A stretch of DNA of 64,000 bases from a virus (lineage: Duplodnaviria > Heunggongvirae > Uroviricota > Caudoviricetes). The notes below the pieces were generated by a model, which worked only from the letters and a program-made list of their open reading frames with translations, was not told the origin of the DNA and ran no database searches. Positions 10,135 through 20,712 of the stretch are shown in pieces (position 1 is the stretch's first letter; each line of letters begins with the position of its first letter). A program made the position numbers and the translations under genes. The stretch is taken from the IMG/VR virus record IMGVR_UViG_3300029488_000242. One strand, written 5' to 3'.

Positions 10135-10395
10135 ATGTCAAATAATTCAAATTTAAGAATTACAAAATGTATAAATGTATTTTCTGATATGAATACATGG
10201 ATTGATTTTGTAATAATTCCTTGCAATGATAAGGATTTTACAAAGGCAGAAGAGATTGTTAGAAAAGCATATGATGATTGGTGGACACTTCCTGATGCAG
10301 AGTTTGAGCCAATAGCTGATTGGGTTTGCAGATGTCTGATTAATAATGATATTGAATTTGAAATTTATTTTAAAGATGAAGAAGAGAGTGCTTAA
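10135..10395 (+). CDS. hypothetical protein
   Basis: ORF track frame. Confidence 0.4.
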   Translation: MSNNSNLRITKCINVFSDMNTWIDFVIIPCNDKDFTKAEEIVRKAYDDWWTLPDAEFEPIADWVCRCLINNDIEFEIYFKDEEESA

Positions 10396-10396
10396 A

Positions 10397-10585
10397 ATGA
10401 AGAGAACACCAAAAGTAATTAAGCAGCAAACGGAAGAATGGTTAGATGAACGGTGGATGATTGCAAATATGAAAGATGCAAGACCACAAGATATGAGTTA
10501 TTACAATGGAGCTTTGAAAGCCCTTGAATTTGCAGGTTACGAATGGAAACGTGATGCAGATGGAAAACATACATTATTTAAGTAG
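10397..10585 (+). CDS. hypothetical protein
   Basis: ORF track frame. Confidence 0.4.
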   Translation: MKRTPKVIKQQTEEWLDERWMIANMKDARPQDMSYYNGALKALEFAGYEWKRDADGKHTLFK

Positions 10586-10594
10586 ATTGGAGTG

Positions 10595-10882
10595 ATGAAA
10601 ATGAAAAAAGAAAATTTTATGAGAGAAATTGCACTTCTTAAAGAAGATGGAGACAGCTTTGGATTTGTATTAGATGGAAATACACAAAAAGGTATTGTGA
10701 TATTTGTTGTTCCTGATTGTGATTCTGAAAGTGAAAATGCGATGGAATATATGATTGAAGGCAATAACATTGTAGATGGTGCTTTTGAACCATGTTCTGA
10801 TTACAATTATTCGTGTGCTTACCCAGATTGGAATGAAGCTTGGGAATTGACTCAAATGATGATTAGAGAATTGTTGAAATAG
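10595..10882 (+). CDS. hypothetical acidic protein
   Basis: ORF track frame; RBS ggagtg. Confidence 0.45.
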   Translation: MKMKKENFMREIALLKEDGDSFGFVLDGNTQKGIVIFVVPDCDSESENAMEYMIEGNNIVDGAFEPCSDYNYSCAYPDWNEAWELTQMMIRELLK

Positions 10883-10904
10883 CAATTTCATAAGGAGGTT
10901 TGAC

Positions 10905-11129
10905 ATGAGATTACATCTATTTTGGCTTGATAAGAATTGGAAGAAACGTGGTGATTGTGCAAATAATTATAACCTCATTGTTTATATGGAAAATAAAACA
11001 TATAAGGTATATACGAATGCTTTTTATGGATATTATCATCAAGAAGATATTGAAGTTAAAAAGAAATCAGATATTGAAGATTACATAGAGTATTTAAAGA
11101 GAAATGGATTTACAGAAATGGAGCGATAA
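10905..11129 (+). CDS. hypothetical protein
   Basis: ORF track; RBS aaggaggt. Confidence 0.45.
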   Translation: MRLHLFWLDKNWKKRGDCANNYNLIVYMENKTYKVYTNAFYGYYHQEDIEVKKKSDIEDYIEYLKRNGFTEMER

Positions 11130-11132
11130 ATC

Positions 11133-11369
11133 ATGACAGTGAGAGAATTAAATAGAGATCAATTAACTGAATTAAAGCGTATGTATTATGTACAACTTGT
11201 CAATGAATGCTTATTTGCAAAAGTAATGGGTGTTGATATTGATGAACCATCATATGACATGATAGAGAAAGTCAACGAATATGTCTCGGATGAAGTTATT
11301 TTCGATGCATATGATAACACTGTGTTTACAGAAGATGATTTCTTCTGTAGTGCGGAAAGGAGTGCTTAA
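11133..11369 (+). CDS. hypothetical protein
   Basis: ORF track. Confidence 0.45.
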   Translation: MTVRELNRDQLTELKRMYYVQLVNECLFAKVMGVDIDEPSYDMIEKVNEYVSDEVIFDAYDNTVFTEDDFFCSAERSA

Positions 11370-11614
11370 TATATTGGATATTACAAATTTATATGCTTAC
11401 AGAATTGAAGAATTGGCTGTTGGAATTGTAAAGGCAGAGTCATATGAAGATGCAAGAGAAAAGGTGAAAGCAGCTTATTTGAAGCACAACGATTGCTTTG
11501 ATTCTGAAAGAGATTTTATTGAGTTAAAGGAAATTGCAGAGAATGATTCGTGGTTTAGTGATAATCCTGATGTAGTTGAAGTCGATGAATTAGTGTAGAA
11601 ATGGAGTGACAAAT

Positions 11615-11950
11615 ATGAATTATACTTATTTTGGAAACAGAATTGAAAGAAGCCCATTAGGAAATATGGGGTTACAGTTATTAGAAGCTCAAGAGAAATT
11701 AGTTTCTCAGGAATATGAAGTTGAGAATCTTAGAATTAAAGCAGCTATGTATAAAGCATATTTCTTTCGTAATTCCATATTAGCAGAAAAATTAGAAAAA
11801 CAAAGTGAAGAAAACAGAGATGCACTTATTGGAGAATTTGATGGTTTTTCATATGCAAGTTGGAGAGCTAATGCTGTATATAGAACGCTTGAAGATATGT
11901 GCTATGAAGGACTATTAACTGAAAAAGAATATAGAGAATGCAAAGTATGA
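11615..11950 (+). CDS. hypothetical protein
   Basis: ORF track frame; RBS ggagtg. Confidence 0.45.
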   Translation: MNYTYFGNRIERSPLGNMGLQLLEAQEKLVSQEYEVENLRIKAAMYKAYFFRNSILAEKLEKQSEENRDALIGEFDGFSYASWRANAVYRTLEDMCYEGLLTEKEYRECKV

Positions 11951-11996
11951 AACAAGAGTTTCCTTCGGAATAAAAAGAATAAGGATGGTGACATAA

Positions 11997-12440
11997 ATGA
12001 AATATACATGTTATGATTGGTATGGAAATAAGAAAGTAGACAATATTGATAACTTAAAAGATGCTGTAAGAGAAGCATTAAAGCTAGATTGTGAAGTCCA
12101 CGATGAAAACGGAGACATTATTTATTCAAAATGGGATGGTTGGAATGGAGATTACCCAGAAATTGAAAAGAGATGGTTTCCTGTAGCTGACATGGAAATG
12201 GTCAATAAGGCAAAAAATTTCATTGAAAAGACAGGAATGTTTTATGAATGGTGCAAGTTCCAAAGAGACCAGTTCTCTAAATGGATAGGCAAAGAGTGGT
12301 TGCACAGTGACAGATGGAGTGCAGCTTATGATTGGGTAAACGATGGAAGATTTGCAAATGTAGATGTTCCAGAGGATATTGTTAATTGCTTAGTTGAAGA
12401 ATGGGAAACCAATGCTATACATTTAAAAGTAGGAATTTAA
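11997..12440 (+). CDS. hypothetical protein (Trp-rich)
   Basis: ORF track; RBS aaggatggtg. Confidence 0.5.
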   Translation: MKYTCYDWYGNKKVDNIDNLKDAVREALKLDCEVHDENGDIIYSKWDGWNGDYPEIEKRWFPVADMEMVNKAKNFIEKTGMFYEWCKFQRDQFSKWIGKEWLHSDRWSAAYDWVNDGRFANVDVPEDIVNCLVEEWETNAIHLKVGI

Positions 12441-12451
12441 GGAGAATATAT

Positions 12452-12787
12452 ATGAAGAACCCAATATATGAATGTTCAAATTGTTATAATGAATTTTCGG
12501 AGCAACTATATCCAGTTAATATATCAGATGTTAAATGGATAAATCTTATTTGCAATAAATATCCGAATGGATGTATTCAAATAACTTGTCACGATGCTCA
12601 AGAAAACGCTTATTATGCAACGAGACTTCTGAAATGTTATGTGAGTAAAAAAGGTAGATATGCAATTTGGGGTAAACATAGATTTTATGAAGGATATAGC
12701 GGCGGTCTTATATTGAGAGGTGTTCCGTATAAGTCTATTGAGACTATAAGAGATGCGGCTAAACCGTATGGAACGATAGTAGAATGA
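12452..12787 (+). CDS. hypothetical Cys-containing protein
   Basis: ORF track frame; RBS aaggag. Confidence 0.5.
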   Translation: MKNPIYECSNCYNEFSEQLYPVNISDVKWINLICNKYPNGCIQITCHDAQENAYYATRLLKCYVSKKGRYAIWGKHRFYEGYSGGLILRGVPYKSIETIRDAAKPYGTIVE

Positions 12788-12823
12788 AATGAGGATTTAC
12801 TGGTAATAACGGAGGTTAATTAT

Positions 12824-13219
12824 ATGAATATTCAAACTATTTCAAAAGAAAAACGGGAAGTAATGGTTGAGCTAACCGCAGATGATTTAGTAATTATTTG
12901 TAATGCATTGTATGCTCAATCAAGCGAAAAGAAAAACAATGATTATTTCATGCAGCTTTATAGTGACATGATGATGGCAAGAGACTTGTGCCAATATGGT
13001 CACGTAGATGATTTTTGTCTTCACAATATCATAAAGTGTCGTAGTGAATTAAGAGGTCTTTTATCAGAAGATGATATTGAAACATTCAACAAGTGTCTTG
13101 AAGATAATGACCTGTCAACAGCTTTTAAGAATTCTGATTTTGTACGAATTTATAAGAGGATTGTTGGAGACTTGAAATGCAGTGATAAACTTAAAAGCTG
13201 GATGGAACAAAATAAATAA
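12824..13219 (+). CDS. hypothetical protein
   Basis: ORF track; RBS ggaggt. Confidence 0.5.
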   Translation: MNIQTISKEKREVMVELTADDLVIICNALYAQSSEKKNNDYFMQLYSDMMMARDLCQYGHVDDFCLHNIIKCRSELRGLLSEDDIETFNKCLEDNDLSTAFKNSDFVRIYKRIVGDLKCSDKLKSWMEQNK

Positions 13220-13256
13220 CATGAAACGATGATTTATTTGAAAGCGAGGAAATAAT

Positions 13257-13553
13257 ATGATAAGAAAAATTAACAATAGATTGTATAAAGTTAATACATA
13301 TGCTTCTGCACACATTATTGAAGTAGATGATAATTATGATGAAGAAGTACAGAAACTAAGAAAAGAAATCCAGTTTGACAGTATTGGATACAAATTGAAC
13401 TTACTTGTATATCTTGCCACATTAACGGTACAAGGATATGCAATTTTAAGCGTAACAGAATTTAACATTGATGGAAGTAAGCCTAGAGTTGCTTATGCAA
13501 GTAATAAAGATTTTAAGAAAATTGTTAAGTATTATTTTGGAAAGAAAGCATAG
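13257..13553 (+). CDS. hypothetical protein
   Basis: ORF track; RBS gaggaa. Confidence 0.45.
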   Translation: MIRKINNRLYKVNTYASAHIIEVDDNYDEEVQKLRKEIQFDSIGYKLNLLVYLATLTVQGYAILSVTEFNIDGSKPRVAYASNKDFKKIVKYYFGKKA

Positions 13554-13592
13554 GAAACGGAAATTTACAGTGAAGAAAGGCAAGTAAAATTT

Positions 13593-13787
13593 ATGGATAG
13601 GAAAGAATATTTATTAAGACAGGTACTAAAATTATTTAAGCAACAGAAAGAAAGCCGTTATGTTTTAAATATTGAAGAGATGACTGTTATGTATGATGGA
13701 GCTGAATGCGATGGAAGTTGTCTTTGTGATGATATTATGGAAGAGTTAGGAATTGACAGCTTAGAAGATATTGAGGGTGAGAAATAA
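13593..13787 (+). CDS. hypothetical protein
   Basis: ORF track. Confidence 0.4.
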   Translation: MDRKEYLLRQVLKLFKQQKESRYVLNIEEMTVMYDGAECDGSCLCDDIMEELGIDSLEDIEGEK

Positions 13788-13824
13788 AGTGTGATATAAT
13801 ATGTAAGAAAGAAGGTTGATGAAT

Positions 13825-14340
13825 ATGGCAGGATATAGCGGATGGTCAATGAGTAACAATGCGGTTGATGCTTATTCAAATGGGGAGAAACCATTAAGTA
13901 AATGGACAAAGGCAGATATTTTTGATACAATAGAAGAACAGGAAATTGAATTAAAATGCTCAATGGAAAAATTTAAGAAACTACCTGTGAAAGTTTTAAA
14001 AGAAGTTTGTTTGAGGTATTCTTCGTGGCATCATACAAGTAATCATTATAATCAGACAGATTTTTATTCTTTGGATATAAGCAGAATAGAAAATTTAACA
14101 GATGAAAAAATTGATAGATTACTTGCAGATTACAAGGCAGAGAAAAAGAATGAAGAAAAGCCTACTGAAGAGAAATGGAGATGTGCTTTTTTAGAATGGT
14201 CTGGAACTAGAAAACATCCAGTTGCAAAAGAAATAGTCGAAGAGGGTATTGTAAAAGGCGATTGGTTCTATCGTAAAAATGGAACTAAAAAGAAAACAAC
14301 AGCAAATGGGTTTGAATTTATTAAAAAATTGGAGGAATGA
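13825..14340 (+). CDS. hypothetical protein
   Basis: ORF track frame. Confidence 0.5.
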   Translation: MAGYSGWSMSNNAVDAYSNGEKPLSKWTKADIFDTIEEQEIELKCSMEKFKKLPVKVLKEVCLRYSSWHHTSNHYNQTDFYSLDISRIENLTDEKIDRLLADYKAEKKNEEKPTEEKWRCAFLEWSGTRKHPVAKEIVEEGIVKGDWFYRKNGTKKKTTANGFEFIKKLEE

Positions 14341-14618
14341 TAATAATGGCATTTATAAACGAACAAGGAATAAAAATTAGTTTTGAATGTTCAGATTTAA
14401 TCAAAGAACTTAAAGAAGATATTACTGAATTTGGTGGCGACACAGTTGTTGCTGTTTGGTGTAAGGATAATTCAGGAGTTACATTATATGTAAATTATGA
14501 TTTTATTAATGAAGAACAGCCAATAACTGAAAAAGAAGTAGACAAAGATGAATACATACAAAAAATGACAATGAGTGCATTATTAATATTACTAGAAAAA
14601 CAAAATGAAATTTTGTAA
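14337..14618 (+). CDS. hypothetical acidic protein
   Basis: ORF track; RBS ggagg. Confidence 0.45.
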   Translation: MIIMAFINEQGIKISFECSDLIKELKEDITEFGGDTVVAVWCKDNSGVTLYVNYDFINEEQPITEKEVDKDEYIQKMTMSALLILLEKQNEIL

Positions 14619-14650
14619 TTAAGAATAAAATATAATATTAATTAAATTGA

Positions 14651-14685
14651 GACGGATAATTATATATTATCTGTCTTTTTTATTG
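14651..14685 (+). terminator. rho-independent terminator (gacggataat...attatctgtc + T6)
   Basis: hairpin plus T-run after stop at 14618. Confidence 0.7.
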
Positions 14686-14700
14686 GATTGGAGTGATATT

Positions 14701-14904
14701 ATGAGAAGAGAATTTAAAGTAAATAAAACAAAATGTGCGATAGTAAATCGTAATACTGGCAATCTGGAAATTAACAAATATAATCAAAAATATGAAGTTA
14801 GGTGTTTTTCACAAAAATATAATGGTTGGATTAGGTTGTGTAGTTGTGCAACTATCTCTGAAGGAAGAGAAAAGGCTGTACAAATATTATCATTGGCGAT
14901 ATAA
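14701..14904 (+). CDS. hypothetical protein
   Basis: ORF track frame; RBS ggagtg. Confidence 0.4.
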   Translation: MRREFKVNKTKCAIVNRNTGNLEINKYNQKYEVRCFSQKYNGWIRLCSCATISEGREKAVQILSLAI

Positions 14905-14934
14905 TATGTATATAATTATTTTTGGAGGTACAAT

Positions 14935-15183
14935 ATGACAAAATTGGGGTTATTAGAAGCGTTTCAATATGCTGTCGAAACAGTAAATGTTACAAAATTT
15001 GAAGAAGCTTTAATAATATTTTCTGTTGAGTATGGTGTTCAGATACCAAGGGAGGCGGCAGAGTTAATTAAAGCTCAAGATGATAATTTGTCAAAAGAAA
15101 AATTAAAGGAAATTATGCTAAAGATACAAATGCCTATCTATAATTATATTAAGACAAATGGCAATGTTAATGAGTTAAAGTAA
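14935..15183 (+). CDS. hypothetical protein
   Basis: ORF track; RBS ggaggt. Confidence 0.45.
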   Translation: MTKLGLLEAFQYAVETVNVTKFEEALIIFSVEYGVQIPREAAELIKAQDDNLSKEKLKEIMLKIQMPIYNYIKTNGNVNELK

Positions 15184-15208
15184 CAAATAGAATAATAGAG
15201 AATATAGT

Positions 15209-15240
15209 AAGAGACTTGTAAAAGCAAGTCTCTTATTTTT
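15209..15240 (+). terminator. rho-independent terminator (aagagacttg...caagtctctt + T5)
   Basis: perfect 10-bp stem plus T-run. Confidence 0.75.
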
Positions 15241-15261
15241 ATGGAAAGAACGGTGATTACT

Positions 15262-15486
15262 ATGTTTGATTACAAAGAATTTAAGAAGGAAATGTGCAAA
15301 AGAGGACATGAAGTACATAAACATGGAGATTATATAACTATTGAACCCAATAATAATTATGAAGGATATAATAAAGGATTTTTATATGCATCAGATGTCA
15401 TTAAAGGATTTGAGCATGAATTAAGACTTATTTATATGCATCATTTTAACACTTGGATATATAGTGCAAGATTTAAAATTGTATGA
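15262..15486 (+). CDS. hypothetical protein
   Basis: ORF track frame 15241..15486; the internal ATG preferred. Confidence 0.4.
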   Translation: MFDYKEFKKEMCKRGHEVHKHGDYITIEPNNNYEGYNKGFLYASDVIKGFEHELRLIYMHHFNTWIYSARFKIV

Positions 15487-15673
15487 TAGAATTAAAATAT
15501 AGTAACTGTGGGAACGGAATTTAAAAACGGAGGTAAATATTATGATAGAATTAATTAGTGTAATTATAGCTTGGATTGTTGTATTCACAATTCCAAACAG
15601 ATTTCTAAGTAAATCAGAAGCTAAGAAGAGAGAAGAAAGATATAAAAATATGTAGAAAGGAGGTTGATGTAAA

Positions 15674-16324
15674 ATGTTAGGTGCATTATTAGCATTAGGA
15701 ATTTTTGGTGGAGCTGCTGCAAAAGCAGCTTATGATAATTATGATATGAAGAAATATTCTACAAGGTATGATGAGAATGGAAATCGTCACTATTTTGATA
15801 GACTTGGTACTGATTATATTAACGGAGAAAAAATTATAAGTGGTGGTTATACAGATACTAAAGGTATTTATCATAGAACGGAGACAGGTTTAAATAGTAA
15901 CAAAGTATATACAGATTATGTGTGTCCATCTGAACAGCTAAAAAAGAAATATGATGAAGAAGATAAAGAATATTGCCGTAAAAATGGATTCCCCGCATAT
16001 CCAGCTTATAATCCACGATTTAAAAGAAAAGTAACAACTGAATTTGAAACAGGCAAAGTGGTAGCTGCCGTAGTATGGTTTCATAATATATTTACTCAGG
16101 AAAATCATTGGGTTAAGTTTTATGTTAAATCTGATGCAAAAGAGTATGAATATGATACACCAGGAGAATACGACAAAGGAATTGAGATTACTAAAGAGGA
16201 AGCTGAGTTATATGATAGAATATTAGGTAAATCTCACAGTGGTATGGTATTCGGAAACAAGATTTGGGATGGATTTGACACGAGAAAGCCTGAAGGATGG
16301 GATGAAGCACATAGGAAGAAATAA
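15674..16324 (+). CDS. hypothetical membrane-anchored protein (N-terminal TM helix)
   Basis: ORF track; hydrophobic N-terminus LGALLALGIFGGAAA; RBS aaggaggt. Confidence 0.5.
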   Translation: MLGALLALGIFGGAAAKAAYDNYDMKKYSTRYDENGNRHYFDRLGTDYINGEKIISGGYTDTKGIYHRTETGLNSNKVYTDYVCPSEQLKKKYDEEDKEYCRKNGFPAYPAYNPRFKRKVTTEFETGKVVAAVVWFHNIFTQENHWVKFYVKSDAKEYEYDTPGEYDKGIEITKEEAELYDRILGKSHSGMVFGNKIWDGFDTRKPEGWDEAHRKK

Positions 16325-16356
16325 TAGTTTCATTTGAAGATTGGAGGTAAAAATAT

Positions 16357-16770
16357 ATGAAATATGGAGACATTGTTGTATACAAAAATCAGATTGGAAC
16401 AGTAGTAAAAAGCGAAAATGATTTTAAGTTCCATCCATGTAATTATGGAAGTTGCTATTTTAGCGAGTTAGATACGATCAAGGATGCTGATGTAAGAGAA
16501 GCGACACCTGATGAAAAGCTGGAATTAATAAAGGAAGAATTTACATGGGGCAAAGTGATTGATATACATTGTATTGGAGAATATCAGATTATAGAATACG
16601 AAAGCAAAACTGCACCTAAACATTTATGGCATACATATATTAATTATGCTGATACAAATAATTCTTATATGTCTTTAGATTCGGCATTAATTGGTTGTAT
16701 TGGACGTAAATACGAAGGCGCAAATGGAAGGGCTGCTATGTATTTTGAGAAAATGATTGGTTTGGAATAG
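16357..16770 (+). CDS. hypothetical protein
   Basis: ORF track; RBS ggaggt. Confidence 0.5.
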   Translation: MKYGDIVVYKNQIGTVVKSENDFKFHPCNYGSCYFSELDTIKDADVREATPDEKLELIKEEFTWGKVIDIHCIGEYQIIEYESKTAPKHLWHTYINYADTNNSYMSLDSALIGCIGRKYEGANGRAAMYFEKMIGLE

Positions 16771-16798
16771 AATAATTAGAAATTTGGAGGTAAGCAAT

Positions 16799-17038
16799 AT
16801 GAAAGATATGAATATTACAGGAAATGCAATCGAAAATTTATTAATGTCGTATGCAGATCATAAAGTACAAGTAAGATTATTTATGGAAGACGAGAATATT
16901 AATGCTGATGAATTGGAAGAAAATTCAGAGTTTATGTATCATAAAGGATTCTGTGAATGTGCCGAAAGATGGATTAGGTGTCTTGGCATAAGTCCAGATA
17001 GTCCTAAAATCGAACAAATGATTAAAGATTGTATGTAA
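16799..17038 (+). CDS. hypothetical protein
   Basis: ORF track frame; RBS ggaggtaagc. Confidence 0.4.
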   Translation: MKDMNITGNAIENLLMSYADHKVQVRLFMEDENINADELEENSEFMYHKGFCECAERWIRCLGISPDSPKIEQMIKDCM

Positions 17039-17087
17039 ACCAATGAAACCAAGTTTTCTTGTGGAATGGAAAGGAGAATAATAGTGT

Positions 17088-17276
17088 ATGAAAATAAAAG
17101 ATTTTCTTGAAAATTTTAATGGAGATAATCATATTAAAATTTACGATAGTTATGATTTTAGTACACATAGATATAATCATGTACAGGAAGCAATTTCTTC
17201 CTATGGATATTTCACAGTTAAGAGCTGGGATATTGTAGATGGTGTATTAAAGATAACAATTCGGTCGCAGTTTTAA
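17088..17276 (+). CDS. hypothetical protein
   Basis: ORF track; RBS aaggag. Confidence 0.4.
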   Translation: MKIKDFLENFNGDNHIKIYDSYDFSTHRYNHVQEAISSYGYFTVKSWDIVDGVLKITIRSQF

Positions 17277-17318
17277 TACTAAGAAATCTAAGTTTACTAT
17301 CAAATTAAGGAGGAAGAT

Positions 17319-17543
17319 ATGGCAAAGAAAATTATATATACAGATGAATTTGGAAACAAAATAGATATTAATTCAATCGAGGGTATTCATGTTATACTTA
17401 ATGATATTTTTACAACATGCGATAATGAGAACAGTTGTTTATGCGTTAAAGAGAATATCAAAGCAAGCGTAGAAAAATGTTATGAAACCAGAAAACTAGA
17501 AATTAAAACTGGCAAACCTCAAGATAAAAGTAGCATTTGGTAA
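17319..17543 (+). CDS. hypothetical protein
   Basis: ORF track; RBS aaggagg. Confidence 0.4.
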   Translation: MAKKIIYTDEFGNKIDINSIEGIHVILNDIFTTCDNENSCLCVKENIKASVEKCYETRKLEIKTGKPQDKSSIW

Positions 17544-17583
17544 GGAATTTTAACTTTCTTTGGAAGATAGGATGGTGATAAAA

Positions 17584-17862
17584 ATGCTGAGAAGAAACTT
17601 ATTTATAGGTATTCCAAATGATAAACTGAAGGAGTGTTATGAAAGTTATAAGCGTGTTAGTTGTAAAATGGAAGAAGAAAAGGAATTATTTTCTGATTTT
17701 GTAACAGAATATAAGACTTTTGTGGAAAGCGAACATCCAAAAGCAGCAGAAGCAGTTTGTCAGGCTGATATGTTTAATGAGATTGCACATAGATTCTTCA
17801 AAGTTGTAGATGTCATTAAGGATAAAGAATTTTGTGAGATTATGGGAATTGAGGTGAAGTAA
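17584..17862 (+). CDS. hypothetical protein
   Basis: ORF track frame. Confidence 0.4.
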   Translation: MLRRNLFIGIPNDKLKECYESYKRVSCKMEEEKELFSDFVTEYKTFVESEHPKAAEAVCQADMFNEIAHRFFKVVDVIKDKEFCEIMGIEVK

Positions 17863-18150
17863 ATGGAAAGACTTGATATTTATAAAACTAATGATGGGAA
17901 ATCTTTAGTTCTTTTAAACAATGAAACTGATTCGAATGGATATATAAATTATTTACCAATTACAAATAATGCAAATGGTATGAGTGTTAATACAAAATCT
18001 GGCAATCCTGTTATTATAGATATAGACAATGTATCTATAATTAAGTTGAACGAGTTAGAGTCGTATATTGATCATGTAATAGAAAGTGATTTTGATTTTA
18101 AAATTAAGTGGTATATTGATGGTAGGCAAAGAGAAGAGGTAAAAGATTGA
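17863..18150 (+). CDS. hypothetical protein
   Basis: ORF track; RBS gaggtg. Confidence 0.45.
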   Translation: MERLDIYKTNDGKSLVLLNNETDSNGYINYLPITNNANGMSVNTKSGNPVIIDIDNVSIIKLNELESYIDHVIESDFDFKIKWYIDGRQREEVKD

Positions 18151-18329
18151 GGTGAGTAAAATGAAAGACAAACCAAATAAAATAAAGGCAAGATTAACAG
18201 TAGAAGTCGAAGCTGAATTTTATGATGACGAAAGTAGTGAAGAAACTGTTAGATATTGTGTTGAACAGGATTTAGAAGATGCAGGATTAAATGTTATTGA
18301 TGTGTCTGTGATGGAATGAGGTGATACAA

Positions 18330-18509
18330 ATGGAATTTAAGAAAGGTGATAGAGTATTTCATAAGGGCTTAAGGGTTATAGGAACTTTTATGGAATATTC
18401 ATGGAATAGTGATGAAGAAGCTATTGTGAAATTTGATAATGCTGACAATCCTGATGATTGCAGACATATATCTGTAAATCAATTACAGAAATATCCAAGT
18501 AACGAATAA
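18330..18509 (+). CDS. hypothetical protein
   Basis: ORF track frame; RBS gaggtga. Confidence 0.35.
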   Translation: MEFKKGDRVFHKGLRVIGTFMEYSWNSDEEAIVKFDNADNPDDCRHISVNQLQKYPSNE

Positions 18510-18548
18510 ATTGGTAAAAAATTGCGAGGTATAACAGTGGTAAAATAT

Positions 18549-18743
18549 ATGGAATGTTCTAAATGTGGTAAGTCATTACTTGAAAATTCAATTATTGTTG
18601 TACGAACTGGGTTTACAGATAAATATTGTTCATATGGTTGTGCAGCAATTGATAGTGGACTTTTTGAAAATATAAAATTAACTGATGAAATTGTCCAAGA
18701 ACACAAATCTTGTGATGAAAGAGATTGGCTAATAGGAGATTGA
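18549..18743 (+). CDS. zinc-ribbon small protein
   Basis: CSKCGK...CSYGC. Confidence 0.4.
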   Translation: MECSKCGKSLLENSIIVVRTGFTDKYCSYGCAAIDSGLFENIKLTDEIVQEHKSCDERDWLIGD

Positions 18744-18753
18744 GGTGATATAA

Positions 18754-19041
18754 ATGTATGAAGAAGAAATAAATGCGGCATTGATCTCCATACAACAATT
18801 TAAAATTGCATATAGTAATGAAAATGGAGTTATAACTGTTGGTGATATTAAAGATTTAATGGCTAATATAGATACTATAGAAGAATGTGTAAGAAAGCAA
18901 AAGAGAATCCCAACAACTAACGAAAGAGAATTTGGCTTATTGGGAAAATCAAAAATTGTACATCGGTGTAGTATTTGTGGTAGTAATGTATATTCTACAA
19001 ATACATATTGTCCTCAATGTGGGCAGAAATTTTGTATATGA
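18754..19041 (+). CDS. hypothetical protein with C-terminal zinc ribbon
   Basis: CSICG...CPQCG; RBS gaggtg. Confidence 0.45.
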   Translation: MYEEEINAALISIQQFKIAYSNENGVITVGDIKDLMANIDTIEECVRKQKRIPTTNEREFGLLGKSKIVHRCSICGSNVYSTNTYCPQCGQKFCI

Positions 19042-19085
19042 AGTATAAGATTTAATTGAAGAATTGATGAAATGAGGTAATGTAG

Positions 19086-19349
19086 ATGGAAAATAAAAAA
19101 ACATTAAAATATTTAAATGATATGAAGAATAGTAAAATGCCACCATTTGATAGTCAATATGAATTTTTCTTTGCTACACTGGAAGATTATTATATTGCAA
19201 AATCAAATGGTGCAAAGATAATAAAAGAGGAGCTTATGGAATGGGATTCTGAAGCACAAAAAGAAATTGTTAATATATTGGCTGATATTATAGAATCTGA
19301 TGAATTGATTGGCTTTGATAGAAATGATATTTTATCGTTAGCTGATTAA
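19086..19349 (+). CDS. hypothetical protein
   Basis: ORF track; RBS gaggt. Confidence 0.45.
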   Translation: MENKKTLKYLNDMKNSKMPPFDSQYEFFFATLEDYYIAKSNGAKIIKEELMEWDSEAQKEIVNILADIIESDELIGFDRNDILSLAD

Positions 19350-19632
19350 TTGACGATTTACTTGGCTTTTAAACAGAGAATAATACTATATAAAATTGAA
19401 ATGGAGTGTGATGCATATGTCAAAGCTTATATTACAAAGAAAAGACAGAAAACTCATAGATAATATTTTCGAGCATCCTGGAAATATTTTCAGTGTACAC
19501 TTTGCAGGATATGAAGATACAGTTTAGTGTAAATCTATTTCAGAAATTTATATGGCATTAGAGCAATTTAAGAAAAATGGATTTGTGAAGACAGATGAAA
19601 ATGCAGAGTTATTAGTATAGAAAGTGAGAATT

Positions 19633-19941
19633 ATGAGAGAAGAATGTAAGGCATTAAAGCAATTACTATCTGAACTATATCCATCATCAAAATTCAGTAT
19701 TCGATTCAAACGGGCGAGAAATTATATAGATACATCGGATATGATAATTGTAAGATGTCTATCAAGCATAGATACAGATGAACTTATAAAGCAAATCAAA
19801 CATTATTCTTCTGGAATAGCAGTATTTAAAGATGGTTCTTGTGAATCTATATGGAATCGAAAAATTGAACCTAAAATTCTCATACCATCTACAAAAACTG
19901 TAATAGATTTAGATACAACAGAATTTATAAAAATAATATAG
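19633..19941 (+). CDS. hypothetical protein
   Basis: ORF track frame. Confidence 0.45.
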   Translation: MREECKALKQLLSELYPSSKFSIRFKRARNYIDTSDMIIVRCLSSIDTDELIKQIKHYSSGIAVFKDGSCESIWNRKIEPKILIPSTKTVIDLDTTEFIKII

Positions 19942-19958
19942 AAAAGAGGGGAAATATA

Positions 19959-20237
19959 ATGACAAAAAATCAGATAGAAAAATTCGCAATAGGTTATCCT
20001 TATTATCCCACAGATTATGTTGAAGCAGTATTAAAAGTTTCAAATTTTGATACGGAGATAGCTGAAGAAATTTTAGATGATAAAGAGAAAACATTGGCAA
20101 TTTGGCAAAATGGAACAATTATGATTGATGGAATTACATCTTGTTGTGGTTATGATTTTGGAGAAGATGCATTCAGCAAAAAGATAAATATTGGTTATTG
20201 TCCGATTTGTGGAAGAAAAATTGTAATTAAAAAGTAA
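19959..20237 (+). CDS. hypothetical protein with zinc ribbon
   Basis: CCGYD...CPICG; RBS agagggg. Confidence 0.45.
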   Translation: MTKNQIEKFAIGYPYYPTDYVEAVLKVSNFDTEIAEEILDDKEKTLAIWQNGTIMIDGITSCCGYDFGEDAFSKKINIGYCPICGRKIVIKK

Positions 20238-20268
20238 TGAAAGAATTGTTTTAACGGAGGTGAATTTG

Positions 20269-20616
20269 ATGACTAAACAATATTGTGATATATGCGGAAA
20301 AGAAGTAATGCATACAAATGTAAGAAGATTATGTATTAGTGCAAATAGTTATTGGAAAAATCAAAAGGATTTTGATATTTGTGATGATTGTGAAGAAGAA
20401 TTAGTAAAATTACAAAATGATACAGAGATTAATTTTGTTAAAAAATCAAAATGGTGGGAAGAGAATTCTAACGAGACTGGTGAAATCAATTATGGTTCGT
20501 TTAAATTAAGTGGAACATTTGAACAAGGAGGATATATTTGCCCTAAATGTGGTTATTGTAATAATGCTTATTCATTTGAACATATATGTCAAAAATGTGG
20601 TTATACAACTAAATAA
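20269..20616 (+). CDS. hypothetical multi-zinc-ribbon protein
   Basis: CDICGK, CDDCEEE, CPKCGYC, CQKCGY; RBS ggaggtg. Confidence 0.5.
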   Translation: MTKQYCDICGKEVMHTNVRRLCISANSYWKNQKDFDICDDCEEELVKLQNDTEINFVKKSKWWEENSNETGEINYGSFKLSGTFEQGGYICPKCGYCNNAYSFEHICQKCGYTTK

Positions 20617-20712
20617 TAAATATTTGACTGCTAGTAGAAGAAATACTGGCAGTTATTTCATTATAAGAGAGAATATTATAATGTAAAATAATAGAAAGGT
20701 TGTGATAATCAT